Shown here: positions 43,382-53,751 of the stretch, piece by piece | Numbering within the stretch: position 1 is the stretch's first letter | Layout of the letters: each line of letters starts with the position of its first letter | DNA from: an uncultured Clostridia bacterium | Lineage (GTDB): Bacteria; Bacillota; Clostridia; TANB77; CAG-508 | DNA length: 64,000 nucleotides | Reading direction: 5' to 3' | Assembly: GCA_963558405.1 (NCBI GenBank) | Contig: CAUWGC010000001.1 | Coordinates: forward strand, 64,001 to 128,000 | Notes under the pieces: model-generated | Database searches by the model: none | The model's input: the letters and a program-made list of their open reading frames with translations, nothing else | What the model was told of the DNA's origin: nothing | Program-made: the position numbers and the translations under genes

Positions 43382-44971
43382 TTGAAAAGAAATATAATGA
43401 ATTGTTTATTTTTTTTCTTAATTTTAGTTTTAGTAATTGTTGGAATTATATATGTATATTCCAATAAAAAAGAAAAAGAAAATGAATTTAATGAAAGTAA
43501 TAATAAACAACAAGAAACTGAAATATTAAAAGATATACGTTTAGGAATAGCAGAATATGATACAATAAATCCAATATTAAGTAAAAATAAAAATGTGCAA
43601 AATATATCAAAACTTATTTTTGAACCATTACTTAGTATTAATAAAGATTATAAAGTGGAATGCTGTTTAGCAAAAGAATGGTCAAAAACAAATGAAACAA
43701 CTTATGTATTAAAATTAAGAGAAAATGTTTTATGGCAAGATGGTACAGAGTTTATAGCATCAGATGTAAAATTTACTATAGAACAATTAAAGCAAATAGA
43801 TTCCATATATAGTTCATCAGTGAAGGATATAACAGATGTAGAAGTAATAGATTCAAAGACAGTAAAAATTAATTTAGCAAAAGAGATTCCTTTTTTTGAA
43901 TATTATTTAACATTTCCAATTATTAGCCAAAGAAATTATTATGGCGAAGATTTAAAAACTAGTAGTCAAATACCTTTAGGAACAGGAATGTATAAAATTA
44001 AAGAAATTACTGATACAAATATTTTACTAGAAAAATATTCTAAATATTGGGCAAAAGAAGAAAAAAATAACAAAATAGAATCTATTGTAATTCATAGATA
44101 TGATAAAGTAGGAGAATTATATAATGATTTTAAATTAGGAAATATTGATTTAGTACATACTGATTCAGATGTATTAGAAGATTATATAGGTACACTTGGA
44201 TACAATACAAAAAATACTAAAGGTAGAGAAATGGATTTTATTTCTATAAATTGCCAAAATGAAATTTTATCAAGAAAAGAAGTAAGACAAGCTATTCAAT
44301 ATGCAATTGATAAAGAAGGTATTGTAAATAATATTTTTAAAGGAAAATATTATGCTTCAAATTTTCCTTTAGACTTTGGAAATTATTTATATAAAGAAGA
44401 AAATAGTAATTTATATAATACAGATAAAACAAAACAAATATTACAGGAAAATGGATGGAATTTAAAATCAAATATTTGGCAAAAAAGAGAAAATTATAAA
44501 AATTATAAGTTATCATTTACATTAACAGTATTAGAAACTAATCAAAAAAGGCTGGAAGTAGCTGAAAACATAAAAAATTCTTTAGAACAATTAGGATTTA
44601 AAATAACAATAAGAAAGGTTTCACAAGAAGAGTATCAAAAAACAATAGAAACAAAAAATTATGAATTATTGTTAACAGGAATATATAATTCTTTTAGTCC
44701 AGATTTAACATATTTTTTTGGCGAAAATAATATAGCTAACTATTATAACGAAACAGCAGTACAAATTTTAAAAGAAATAAATTCAATTACAGACGAAATT
44801 TTATTACAACAAAAAATAAATGAATTATATAAAATTTATCAAGAGGAAGTACCTTATATTAATTTATATAGAAACAGGGAAACAACAGCCTATAGTCAAA
44901 AATTAACTGGAAATATAGAAGCAAATTGTTATAATATTTTTTATAATATTGAAGACTGGTATAGACAGTAA
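43382..44971 (+). CDS. Peptide/nickel-type ABC substrate-binding protein (family 5)
   Basis: LRENVLWQDG..F.ASDVKFT, PLGTGMYK and VRQAIQYAIDK motifs. Confidence 0.85.
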   Translation: MKRNIMNCLFFFLILVLVIVGIIYVYSNKKEKENEFNESNNKQQETEILKDIRLGIAEYDTINPILSKNKNVQNISKLIFEPLLSINKDYKVECCLAKEWSKTNETTYVLKLRENVLWQDGTEFIASDVKFTIEQLKQIDSIYSSSVKDITDVEVIDSKTVKINLAKEIPFFEYYLTFPIISQRNYYGEDLKTSSQIPLGTGMYKIKEITDTNILLEKYSKYWAKEEKNNKIESIVIHRYDKVGELYNDFKLGNIDLVHTDSDVLEDYIGTLGYNTKNTKGREMDFISINCQNEILSRKEVRQAIQYAIDKEGIVNNIFKGKYYASNFPLDFGNYLYKEENSNLYNTDKTKQILQENGWNLKSNIWQKRENYKNYKLSFTLTVLETNQKRLEVAENIKNSLEQLGFKITIRKVSQEEYQKTIETKNYELLLTGIYNSFSPDLTYFFGENNIANYYNETAVQILKEINSITDEILLQQKINELYKIYQEEVPYINLYRNRETTAYSQKLTGNIEANCYNIFYNIEDWYRQ

Positions 44972-45012
44972 AATATAAAATAAAAAAAGTTAATAAGAAA
45001 GAATAAAAACTA

Positions 45013-45059
45013 TTGACAAATAAAATTTTTAAGATATAATAATAACAAACATACGTTTG
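45013..45059 (+). promoter_or_regulatory. recA promoter with a LexA (SOS) box-like palindrome
   Basis: TTGACA-16 nt-TATAAT, then CAAAC-ATAC-GTTTG at 45046-45059. Confidence 0.75.
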
Positions 45060-45075
45060 AATAGGAGGAAAAAAC

Positions 45076-46128
45076 ATGGGTGATATAAACCAAGAAAAAA
45101 GAAAGGCTTTAGAAGTAGCAATGAGTCAAATTGAGAAACAATTCGGAAAGGGTTCTGTTATGAAATTGGGAGAGTTTTCAACTATGAATGTAGAAGCTAT
45201 TCCAACAGGAGCTTTAGGATTAGATATAGCTTTAGGAATTGGAGGAATTCCTAGAGGAAGAATTATAGAAATATTTGGACCAGAATCTTCAGGAAAAACT
45301 ACATTAGCATTACATGTAATTGCAGAGGCACAAAAAATGGGAGGAGAAGCAGCTTTTATAGATGCAGAACATGCACTAGATCCTGTTTATGCAAAACATT
45401 TAGGTGTAAATATAGATGATTTAATTGTATCTCAACCAGATACAGGTGAACAAGCATTAGAAATAGCAGAAGCTTTAGTAAGAAGTGGAGCATTAGATGT
45501 TATTGTAGTAGACTCTGTAGCAGCACTAGTACCAAAAGCAGAAATTGATGGGGAAATGGGAGATTCTCATATAGGACTTCAAGCTAGACTTATGTCACAA
45601 GCATTAAGAAAACTAGCAGGAGCTATTAATAAATCAAAAGCAGTTATTATTTTTATAAATCAGTTAAGAGAAAAAGTAGGTGTTATGTTTGGAAATCCAG
45701 AAACAACACCAGGAGGAAGAGCATTAAAATTCTATTCTTCAGTTAGATTAGATATTAGAAAAATAGAAAATATTAAACAAGATGGAGAAGTAACTGGTAA
45801 TAGAGTAAGAGTAAAAATTGTAAAAAATAAAGTGGCTCCACCATTTAGAGAGGCAGAATTTGATATTGTGTACGGTAAAGGAATTTCAAAAGAAGGTAAT
45901 GTTTTAGATTTAGCTGTTAGCTTAGATATTATTGAAAAAAGTGGTTCATGGTTTAGTTATAATGGTGAGAGAATTGGACAAGGTAGAGAAAATGTAAAAA
46001 AATATTTAGCAGATAATCCTAAAATATTAGAAGAAGTAGAAAAGAAAGTTAGAGAAAATACACAAAAAGCATTTGAACAAAGTTTAAATGAAGATGATAT
46101 GGAAGAAAAAGAAGAAATTGAAGAGTAG
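45076..46128 (+). CDS. recA: Recombinase A
   Basis: [18 protein letters not shown] and GGRALKFY motifs. Confidence 0.99.
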   Translation: MGDINQEKRKALEVAMSQIEKQFGKGSVMKLGEFSTMNVEAIPTGALGLDIALGIGGIPRGRIIEIFGPESSGKTTLALHVIAEAQKMGGEAAFIDAEHALDPVYAKHLGVNIDDLIVSQPDTGEQALEIAEALVRSGALDVIVVDSVAALVPKAEIDGEMGDSHIGLQARLMSQALRKLAGAINKSKAVIIFINQLREKVGVMFGNPETTPGGRALKFYSSVRLDIRKIENIKQDGEVTGNRVRVKIVKNKVAPPFREAEFDIVYGKGISKEGNVLDLAVSLDIIEKSGSWFSYNGERIGQGRENVKKYLADNPKILEEVEKKVRENTQKAFEQSLNEDDMEEKEEIEE

Positions 46129-46139
46129 GAAGGTATAAA

Positions 46140-46598
46140 ATGTATACCGTTGAAGAATTTGACAAAGAAAAAACAAAAATAGTAAAATATATTGTATATA
46201 AAAAAAGAACAGAAAAAGAAGTATACAATAAATTTAATAATATAATTGAAGATACTTTATTAAGAGATATTATAGAATACTTAAAAGAAAATGGTTATAT
46301 TAATGACAGTGAGTATATTGAAAAAGCTATTAAAGAGTATATGATATTAAAAAACATGTCTAAAAAAGAAATTGAATATAAGTTATATTCAAAAGGATTA
46401 TCAAAAAGCACAGTAGAAGAGTATTTCAATTCAAATAAAGAGGAGTTAGATGAATATGAAAAAAATTCGGCTAAAAGGATAATATCTAAAAAAATAAAAG
46501 ACATGGATATACAAAATATAAAACAATATTTAACCAAAAAAGGATATTCTAGTAAGAGCATAAAAGAAGCAATATTAGAATTAGAAAACGAGGAGTAG
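46140..46598 (+). CDS. recX: RecX family regulator
   Basis: RTEKEV, LKENGYIND and LYSKG motifs; directly after recA. Confidence 0.85.
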   Translation: MYTVEEFDKEKTKIVKYIVYKKRTEKEVYNKFNNIIEDTLLRDIIEYLKENGYINDSEYIEKAIKEYMILKNMSKKEIEYKLYSKGLSKSTVEEYFNSNKEELDEYEKNSAKRIISKKIKDMDIQNIKQYLTKKGYSSKSIKEAILELENEE

Positions 46599-46602
46599 AA
46601 TT

Positions 46603-47352
46603 ATGGCATTACTTGCATTAGAAACAAATAAATATGCAATAAAAATAGAAAATTTTGAAGGACCATTAGATTTGTTATGTCATTTGATAGAAAAAAATAA
46701 AATGAACATATTTGATATAAAAATAAGTGAAATAACAGATCAGTATTTAGATTATATAAAACAAATGGAAAAATTAAATTTAGAAATTGCAAGTGAATTT
46801 ATAATAATGGCTTCTACTCTTTTGTATTTAAAATCTAAAACTCTTCTTCCAACAGAAGTAGAAGATGAAAAAGAAATATCAGAAGAAGAATTAATAAGAA
46901 GAATTATAGAATATAAAAAATATAAAGAGATAACTAAAATAATGAAAGAAAACTATGAAATATATTCAAAAAGATTTTTTAAAGTAGAAGAAACAATCAA
47001 ACTTCCTAAGCAACAACTAGAAAAAAATTATGAATCTTCTATCATTCCAGAGATTTATATGCAAGTGTTAAGAAAAAATGAAGAAAAAATAAATATAAAT
47101 GCTAAAAATATAGAAAAAATAGCAATAGTAGAAACATATACTGTGGCTAGTAAAGTAAAAGAAATATTTAAAGAACTTGTAAAAAAACCTAGATTTATAT
47201 TTAATAAGTTATTTTCTTTAAATAAATGTAATAAACAAGAACTAATAACAGCCTTTTCAGGATTGTTAGAATTAACACGTAGAAATAAGGTTACAACTAT
47301 ACAAGAAGAATTATTTGGAGATATAATAGTAGAAAAAACAAAGAAGACATAA
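46603..47352 (+). CDS. scpA: Segregation/condensation protein A
   Basis: FEGPLDLLCHLI, ASEFIIMASTLL.LKS.LLP and QEELFGDI motifs. Confidence 0.95.
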   Translation: MALLALETNKYAIKIENFEGPLDLLCHLIEKNKMNIFDIKISEITDQYLDYIKQMEKLNLEIASEFIIMASTLLYLKSKTLLPTEVEDEKEISEEELIRRIIEYKKYKEITKIMKENYEIYSKRFFKVEETIKLPKQQLEKNYESSIIPEIYMQVLRKNEEKININAKNIEKIAIVETYTVASKVKEIFKELVKKPRFIFNKLFSLNKCNKQELITAFSGLLELTRRNKVTTIQEELFGDIIVEKTKKT

Positions 47353-47428
47353 AATTAGATAATTTTTATTAAAAATGTTGTAAAAAAATAAATAAATTGA
47401 TATACTTATAATATATAAAAAAGGAGGA

Positions 47429-47866
47429 ATGGAAATGGAAGAAAATAAAGAACAAAATATTGAAAATCAAGAAATAGAAGTAGAGGCAAACGGAAATAAT
47501 GGAATTAAAATAGCAGATGATGTAGTTGCAGTTATAGCAGGAGTTGCAGCTTCAGAAGTACCTGGAGTTTATAGCATGTCAGGTGGATTTGCAGGAGGAA
47601 TTTCAGAAGTATTAAGCGGAAAGAAAAATTTAGCAAAAGGAATTAAAGTTGAAGCTGGAGAAAAAGAAGCTAAAATAGATGTTAATATTATAGTTGAATA
47701 TGGAACAAGAATTCCAGATGTTGCTTTTGAAATCCAAAACAGAGTAAAAAAAGCAGTAGAATCTATGACAGGATTAAAAGTAATTGAAGTAAATGTTCAT
47801 GTTCAAGGTGTTAATACAGAAATGATGAATGAAGAAGAAAAAAAATCAGATGAAAAAACAGAATAA
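47429..47866 (+). CDS. Asp23/Gls24 family envelope stress protein
   Basis: IKIADDVVAVIAG...KGIKV...AVESMTGL.V.EVNVHVQG. Confidence 0.93.
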   Translation: MEMEENKEQNIENQEIEVEANGNNGIKIADDVVAVIAGVAASEVPGVYSMSGGFAGGISEVLSGKKNLAKGIKVEAGEKEAKIDVNIIVEYGTRIPDVAFEIQNRVKKAVESMTGLKVIEVNVHVQGVNTEMMNEEEKKSDEKTE

Positions 47867-47876
47867 GAATAAAATT

Positions 47877-47907
47877 ATAGGGCACTCTTCTTTAATTGTG
47901 CCCTATT
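47877..47907 (+). terminator. Intercistronic hairpin or weak terminator
   Basis: ATAGGGCAC...GTGCCCTAT. Confidence 0.5.
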
Positions 47908-47934
47908 AAATTGTTAAAATATGGAGGAAAATAA

Positions 47935-48492
47935 ATGAAATTATTAAATAAAATAGCATTAGTAGTATTTTCTAATTTAATATTATTGTTAAGCATTGCA
48001 ATCTGCTTAATGATATTTGGATGGTTAGACCCAGTATTAGTAACTGGATTTTTTGAATATATAACCTCAATGCCAACAGTTTCTACTGTTACATTAGTGG
48101 TTTGTATAATATTAATGTTACTTTCAATAAAATGTATTTTCTTTGATGGAAATGATAAAAATGACTTTGCAAATAAAGATGGAATTTTACTTGCAAATCA
48201 AGACGGTAAATTATTAATATCTAAAGAAACTTTAGAAAATTTAATAATTAATGTTGTAAGAAAAGTTGCAGATGCACAAAATGCACAAACCAAAGTTATT
48301 TTTGATAAAGAAAATAATATTATTGTATATTTAACTCTTTTTATTGAACAAGGTACAGTAATTAAAGAATTGTCTTTAAATTTACAAAATAAAATTAAAG
48401 AAGAAGTAAAAAAAGCTTCTGATTTAGAGGTTAAAGAAGTAAATATTACAGTAAAAGATATGGCCCCTATTGAAGAAAAGAAAGTGCAATAA
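47935..48492 (+). CDS. amaP: Alkaline shock response membrane anchor AmaP
   Basis: Two TMs followed by an Asp23-like domain; conserved gene context. Confidence 0.8.
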   Translation: MKLLNKIALVVFSNLILLLSIAICLMIFGWLDPVLVTGFFEYITSMPTVSTVTLVVCIILMLLSIKCIFFDGNDKNDFANKDGILLANQDGKLLISKETLENLIINVVRKVADAQNAQTKVIFDKENNIIVYLTLFIEQGTVIKELSLNLQNKIKEEVKKASDLEVKEVNITVKDMAPIEEKKVQ

Positions 48493-48513
48493 TCAAGAAA
48501 GGATGTAAAAATT

Positions 48514-48717
48514 ATGGATGGATTTAAAGATTTTATGAATAATTATGGTGGAGCCATAATAGGAGCAATTATTGCAATTTTAATCCTATGTACACAATTA
48601 TACCAATTAATTATATGGATTATATTAATTTGCATAGGAATTTATATAGGAAATTATGTTCAGCATAATAAATACGAAGTAAAAGAAAAATTAAAAAAAT
48701 TTATAGATAAATTATAA
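48514..48717 (+). CDS. DUF2273 small membrane protein
   Basis: GAIIGAIIAIL...IG.Y; asp23-amaP-DUF2273-nusB context. Confidence 0.8.
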   Translation: MDGFKDFMNNYGGAIIGAIIAILILCTQLYQLIIWIILICIGIYIGNYVQHNKYEVKEKLKKFIDKL

Positions 48718-48746
48718 TAATCAAATAAAGCTAAAGGGGAAGAAAT

Positions 48747-49163
48747 ATGAGTATATCATCTATGAGAGAAATGGCGTTTAAGTGCGTATACAGTCAAGAA
48801 ATACAAAAAGAAGAAATTGCACAAGACTATATAGAATTGTTTTTTAATGCAGAGGAAATAAATGATAAAAATGTAAAAAAATACATAAAAGAAATAGTAA
48901 ATGGGATTGAAACAAATAAAGAAGACATTATATCACTAATTTCAAATAATCTTAAAAAAGATTGGAATATAAATAGAATTTCAAAAATTGATTTAGCTCT
49001 ATTAAAAATTGCAATATATGAAATAAATTACAAAAAGATAGAATATAAAATTATTATTAACGAGGTTGTAGAATTAGCAAAAAAATATGGAACACAAAAT
49101 TCTTATAACTTTATTAATGGTGTTTTAGCAAGTATTGTAAAGGAGCAAAATAATGAAGTATGA
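48747..49163 (+). CDS. nusB: Transcription antitermination factor NusB
   Basis: [21 protein letters not shown] and FINGVL motifs. Confidence 0.95.
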   Translation: MSISSMREMAFKCVYSQEIQKEEIAQDYIELFFNAEEINDKNVKKYIKEIVNGIETNKEDIISLISNNLKKDWNINRISKIDLALLKIAIYEINYKKIEYKIIINEVVELAKKYGTQNSYNFINGVLASIVKEQNNEV

Positions 49164-50340
49164 ACCAATTAGTGTAACCGAACTTAATAAATACATAAAA
49201 GAAAAAATAGGAACAGATGAATTTTTAAATAATGTATTAATAAAAGGTGAAATTTCTAACTTTAAAAATCACTATACAGGTCATATGTATTTTACATTAA
49301 AGGATGAATCTTCTCTTATAAAATGTATTATGTTTAAATCATATACTTCTAATTTAAAATTTATGCCCAAAGATGGAATGAAAGTAATGGTTTTTGGAAC
49401 TGTTTCTGTATTCGAAAGAGATGGTATATATCAAGTGTATGTTAAAGCAATGCAAGAAGAAGGAATGGGGAGTTTATATACTGCTTATGAAGAACTAAAA
49501 GCTAAATTGGAAAAAGAAGGATTGTTTTCAAATTCACATAAAAAGAGAATACCATTTATGCCTAAAAGTATAGGTGTTTTAACATCTAATACTGGTGCAG
49601 TTATTAGAGATATAATAAATGTATCAACCAGAAGAAATCCAAATGTATATATAAAACTATTTCCAGTACCTGTACAGGGAGAAGGAGCTGGAGAAAAAAT
49701 TGCAGAAGCAATTAAAATAATGAATAAAGAAAATAGTGTAGATGTTCTTATTATAGCTAGAGGTGGAGGATCCTTAGAAGATTTATGGCCATTTAATGAA
49801 GAAATAGTAGCAAGAGCAATATATTCATCAGATTTACCAATTATTTCAGCAGTAGGACATGAAACTGATTTTACAATAGCAGACTTTGTAGCAGATTTAA
49901 GAGCACCAACACCTTCTGCAGCAGCTGAATTAGCAGTTCCAGATATAAAAGAAGTAAAAATGAAATTAGAAAATTATGAAAGTAGATGTAAAATTTCATT
50001 AAAAAAGAAAATAGAACTAATGCATTTACGCTATGAAAAATGTATGGCTAGTAGAGTATTCAAAGAACCACTACAAAAAATAAATGAATTGTATATTAGC
50101 ATTGATATGAAAATTAAGTCTATGGAAAGTAGTATTACAAATACTTTACAAAATTCACAAAAAAATGCTGCTAAAATAATTGCTAAGCTAGATACTCTAA
50201 GTCCACTAAAAACATTAACAAGAGGGTATTGTATAACACAAAAAAATGGAAAAGTAATTAATAAAGCAGAAAGTTTAAAAAAAGAAGATGAAATATCAAT
50301 TTTATTTTGTGATGGAGAAAAAAAAGCAAAAGTATTATAA
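49153..50340 (+). CDS. xseA: Exodeoxyribonuclease VII large subunit
   Basis: [25 protein letters not shown] and [10 protein letters not shown] motifs. Confidence 0.97.
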   Translation: MKYEPISVTELNKYIKEKIGTDEFLNNVLIKGEISNFKNHYTGHMYFTLKDESSLIKCIMFKSYTSNLKFMPKDGMKVMVFGTVSVFERDGIYQVYVKAMQEEGMGSLYTAYEELKAKLEKEGLFSNSHKKRIPFMPKSIGVLTSNTGAVIRDIINVSTRRNPNVYIKLFPVPVQGEGAGEKIAEAIKIMNKENSVDVLIIARGGGSLEDLWPFNEEIVARAIYSSDLPIISAVGHETDFTIADFVADLRAPTPSAAAELAVPDIKEVKMKLENYESRCKISLKKKIELMHLRYEKCMASRVFKEPLQKINELYISIDMKIKSMESSITNTLQNSQKNAAKIIAKLDTLSPLKTLTRGYCITQKNGKVINKAESLKKEDEISILFCDGEKKAKVL

Positions 50341-50381
50341 AGTTACAAAATAATATGTATTAAACAGGTTGGGGGATAATA

Positions 50382-50615
50382 ATGGAAAGTAAAGAAATGA
50401 ATTTTGAAGAAGCAATGCAAGAATTAGAAAAAATTACAAGAGAATTAGAAAAAGGCGATTTGAGTTTAGATGAATCTGTAAAAAAGTTTGAAAAAGGGAT
50501 GGAAGTATCTAAAAGGTGCAATGAAATATTAGAAAATGCAGAAAAAAAGATAACAATTTTAATAAAAAAAGACGATGAATATGTGGAAGAAAATTTCATA
50601 CCAGATGATAAATAA
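50382..50615 (+). CDS. xseB: Exodeoxyribonuclease VII small subunit
   Basis: FEEAMQELEKI..ELEKGDLSLDES. Confidence 0.95.
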   Translation: MESKEMNFEEAMQELEKITRELEKGDLSLDESVKKFEKGMEVSKRCNEILENAEKKITILIKKDDEYVEENFIPDDK

Positions 50616-50643
50616 ATTATAAATAAAAGGGGAAAATTGATAA

Positions 50644-51084
50644 ATGGAAATTTTAAATCAACTTATCAGTAACAAATATATAATTGTTCCATTTGTACTT
50701 TGGTTTTGCATACAATTTTTTAAAGTTATATGGGACTTAGTTGCAACAAAAAAGTTTAATTTCAAGCGAATTATGGGAGCAGGAGGAATGCCAAGTTCTC
50801 ATACTGCTATAGTAGTATCTTTGGCAGTTATGATAGGAAAGTCAGAAGGATTTAATACACCAATATTTGCATTGGCACTTATCTTTTCATTTGTAGTAAT
50901 GTATGATGCTGCTGGAATACGTAGAGCAGCAGGAAAACAAGCAAAACTTTTAAATAAATTAATAGAAACTCCTGGATTGACAGGTGTTCAAGTTTCAGAA
51001 AAATTAGTAGAAGTATTAGGACATACACCTACACAAGTTATTGTTGGTGCAATTATTGGAATAATAGTAGGATTTATATTCTAA
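50644..51084 (+). CDS. Divergent PAP2 family protein (DUF212)
   Basis: GGMPSSH, MYDAAGIRRAAG and LGHTP motifs. Confidence 0.92.
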   Translation: MEILNQLISNKYIIVPFVLWFCIQFFKVIWDLVATKKFNFKRIMGAGGMPSSHTAIVVSLAVMIGKSEGFNTPIFALALIFSFVVMYDAAGIRRAAGKQAKLLNKLIETPGLTGVQVSEKLVEVLGHTPTQVIVGAIIGIIVGFIF

Positions 51085-51105
51085 AATATAAAAGGGGGAA
51101 TTTTA

Positions 51106-52768
51106 ATGCAAGATATTGATATTGCAAGAAATGCAAAATTAAAACCAATTGTTCAAATAGCAAAAAAACTAGGAATTGAAGAGTCAGATATAGAGCAATA
51201 TGGAAAATATAAGGCTAAAATTCCTACAAAATTATATGATAATTTAAAAGAAAATAAAAATGGAAAATTAATATTAGTAACAGCTATAAATCCTACTCCA
51301 CTAGGAGAAGGAAAAACTACTATGGCCATCCGGATTAGCAGATGGATTACAAAGTATCGGAAAAAAAGCAATATTAGCACTAAGGGAGCCATCTTTGGGA
51401 CCAGTATTTGGAATAAAAGGTGGAGCTACTGGAGGTGGATTTGCACAAATAGCACCAATGGAAGATATAAATTTGCATTTTACAGGAGATATTCATGCAA
51501 TTACTTCTGCAAATAACCTATTATCAGCTCTAATAGATAATCATATTTATTTTGGAAATGAATTACAAATAAAAAAAGTAACATGGAAACGATGTTTAGA
51601 TTTAAATGATAGACAATTAAGAAAAGTAAATACTGGATTATCAGAAGAAAAAAATATAGTTCCTAGAGAAGATGGTTTTGATATTTCTGTAGCTTCTGAA
51701 ATTATGGCTATATTCTGTTTAGCAACTGACTTACAGGATTTAAAAAGGAGATTAGGAAATATTGTAATAGGATACAATCAAAATGGAGAAGTAGTTACTG
51801 CTAGAGATTTAAAAGCAGAAGGTAGTTTAGTAGCTTTATTAAAAGATGCTTTTTCTCCTAATTTGGTACAAACATTGGAAAATACACCTGCTATAGTACA
51901 TGGAGGTCCTTTTGCAAATATAGCACATGGATGTAATAGTATTATAGCAACAAATATGGCTTTAAAATTGGGAGAATATGTTATAACAGAGGCTGGATTT
52001 GGAGCAGATTTGGGAGCAGAAAAATTTTTAGATATAAAATGCAGAAAAGCAAATATAAAACCAGATGCAGTTGTATGTGTGGCAACAATAAAGGCACTTA
52101 AATATCATGGTGGAGCAAAAAAGGAAGAAATAGAGCAAGAAAACTTAGAAGCATTAACAAGAGGAATAAAAAATCTAGAAAAGCATATTGATAACCTAAA
52201 AAATAAATTTGGATTAAATGTAATTGTTGCAATTAATCGTTATACAAAAGATACAGAAAATGAAATTGAATTATTAAAAAATAAATTAAAAGAAAAAGAT
52301 ATAAATTTAAGTTTAGTTGAAGCATGGGCAAAGGGAAGTAATGGTACAAAAGATTTAGCAAATCAAGTGGTACAATTATGTACACAATCTTCTAAATTAA
52401 ACTATATGTACTCTTTAGAAGACAGTATAAAAGAAAAAATAGAAAAGGTTTCAAAAGAAATCTACGGAGCAAAAAGTGTAATATATACAGAAGAAGCAGA
52501 AGAGGAAATAAAAAACATTACCAAATTAGGATTTGATAAATTACCAATATGTATTGCTAAAACACAATACTCTTTATCAGATGATCCAAAAAATCTAGAG
52601 ATAAATGAACCTTTCTCAATCACAGTTAAAAATGTTGTACTAAAAGCTGGAGCTGAATTTATAGTAGTACTAACTGGAAAGATAATGACAATGCCTGGAT
52701 TACCAAAAATTCCAGCAGCAGAGCAAATAGATATAGACAAAGAAGGAAATATAGTAGGAATTTTTTAA
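51106..52768 (+). CDS. fhs: Formate-tetrahydrofolate ligase, split by a +1 frameshift at CGG 51331-51333; about 553 aa when joined
   Basis: TAINPTPLGEGKTT in frame 0; GLADGL...ALREPSLGPVFGIKGGATGGG, HGGPFANIAHG and TMPGLP in the +1 frame. Confidence 0.95.
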
Positions 52769-52842
52769 AAATTGTATAGAAAGTCTATTTTTGGAGAAAA
52801 TACTAATAAAATTTAAGTGTTTTTGAAAAAGGTGGGCTTTTT

Positions 52843-53544
52843 ATGATGAAAAAAATAAGAGATAACAAGGGAAAAGTTTTAGCGTTTTTTATACTCACAG
52901 TACTATCAATAGGAATTGCTTTTAGCCTTATATTTGTTACAAATAATAAGGTTGAAGCATTATCTAAGTATGGTTCAAGAGGTAGTGAAGTAACTCAAAT
53001 CCAAACAAAATTAAAAAGATGGGGATATTATAAAGGAAATATTGACGGAATTTATGGAAGCCAAACAGTTGAAGCAGTAAAATACTTTCAAAGAAAAAAT
53101 GGATTAGCAGTAGATGGAATAGCTGGAAAACAAACACTTGAAGCAATGGGAATATTTAATTCTTCAAACAATACAGGAAGTTCAGGAAATAATAGTAGTG
53201 ATTTAAATTTATTAACAAGATTAGTATATGGAGAAGCAAGAGGAGAAAGTTATACAGGACAAGTAGCAGTAGCTGCAGTTGTGTTAAATAGAGTAAAAAG
53301 TAGTTCTTTTCCAAATACAATCTCTGGAGTAATTTATCAATCTGGAGCATTTGATGCTGTAAAAGATGGACAAATTAATTTAACACCTAATAGTACAGCA
53401 AAGAAAGCTGCACAAGATGCTTTAAATGGATGGGATCCATCATATGGAGCACTTTACTATTTTAATCCTAAAACTGCAACAAATAAATGGATATGGTCAA
53501 GACCAATGACAGTAACTATAGGTAATCATAGATTTTGTAAATAA
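52843..53544 (+). CDS. sleB: Spore cortex-lytic enzyme SleB
   Basis: Signal peptide; PG-binding domain (DGIYG..T); GEARGE.Y.GQVAVAAV.LNR and IGNHRF motifs. Confidence 0.93.
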   Translation: MMKKIRDNKGKVLAFFILTVLSIGIAFSLIFVTNNKVEALSKYGSRGSEVTQIQTKLKRWGYYKGNIDGIYGSQTVEAVKYFQRKNGLAVDGIAGKQTLEAMGIFNSSNNTGSSGNNSSDLNLLTRLVYGEARGESYTGQVAVAAVVLNRVKSSSFPNTISGVIYQSGAFDAVKDGQINLTPNSTAKKAAQDALNGWDPSYGALYYFNPKTATNKWIWSRPMTVTIGNHRFCK

Positions 53545-53550
53545 AAATAT

Positions 53551-53591
53551 AAAGATAATATCACTTTAAATGCGTGATATTATCTTTTTTT
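53551..53591 (+). terminator. Rho-independent terminator
   Basis: AAAGATAATATCAC...GTGATATTATCTTTTTT. Confidence 0.8.
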
Positions 53592-53751
53592 AAATTAAAT
53601 AATATAAATTTAATTGAATATAAATGGAAATGTAGCAAATAAAAAATGCAAGTTGACATTTTAGTGTACAATTGATATAGTTTGCAAATAAAACAATTGA
53701 CAAATTTGTAACATATTGATATTATAAAGCTATAAAAAATGGGAGGAATAT

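Noticed and set aside
5028-51333. Homopolymer slippage, or a single CCGG methylation motif, as the cause of the frameshifts
   Set aside because: Two sites are TCGG and ACGG with a lone C, and other CCGG sites (e.g. near 8133, 14191, 17384, 34602) sit in intact genes. A broader platform artefact still needs read-level exclusion.
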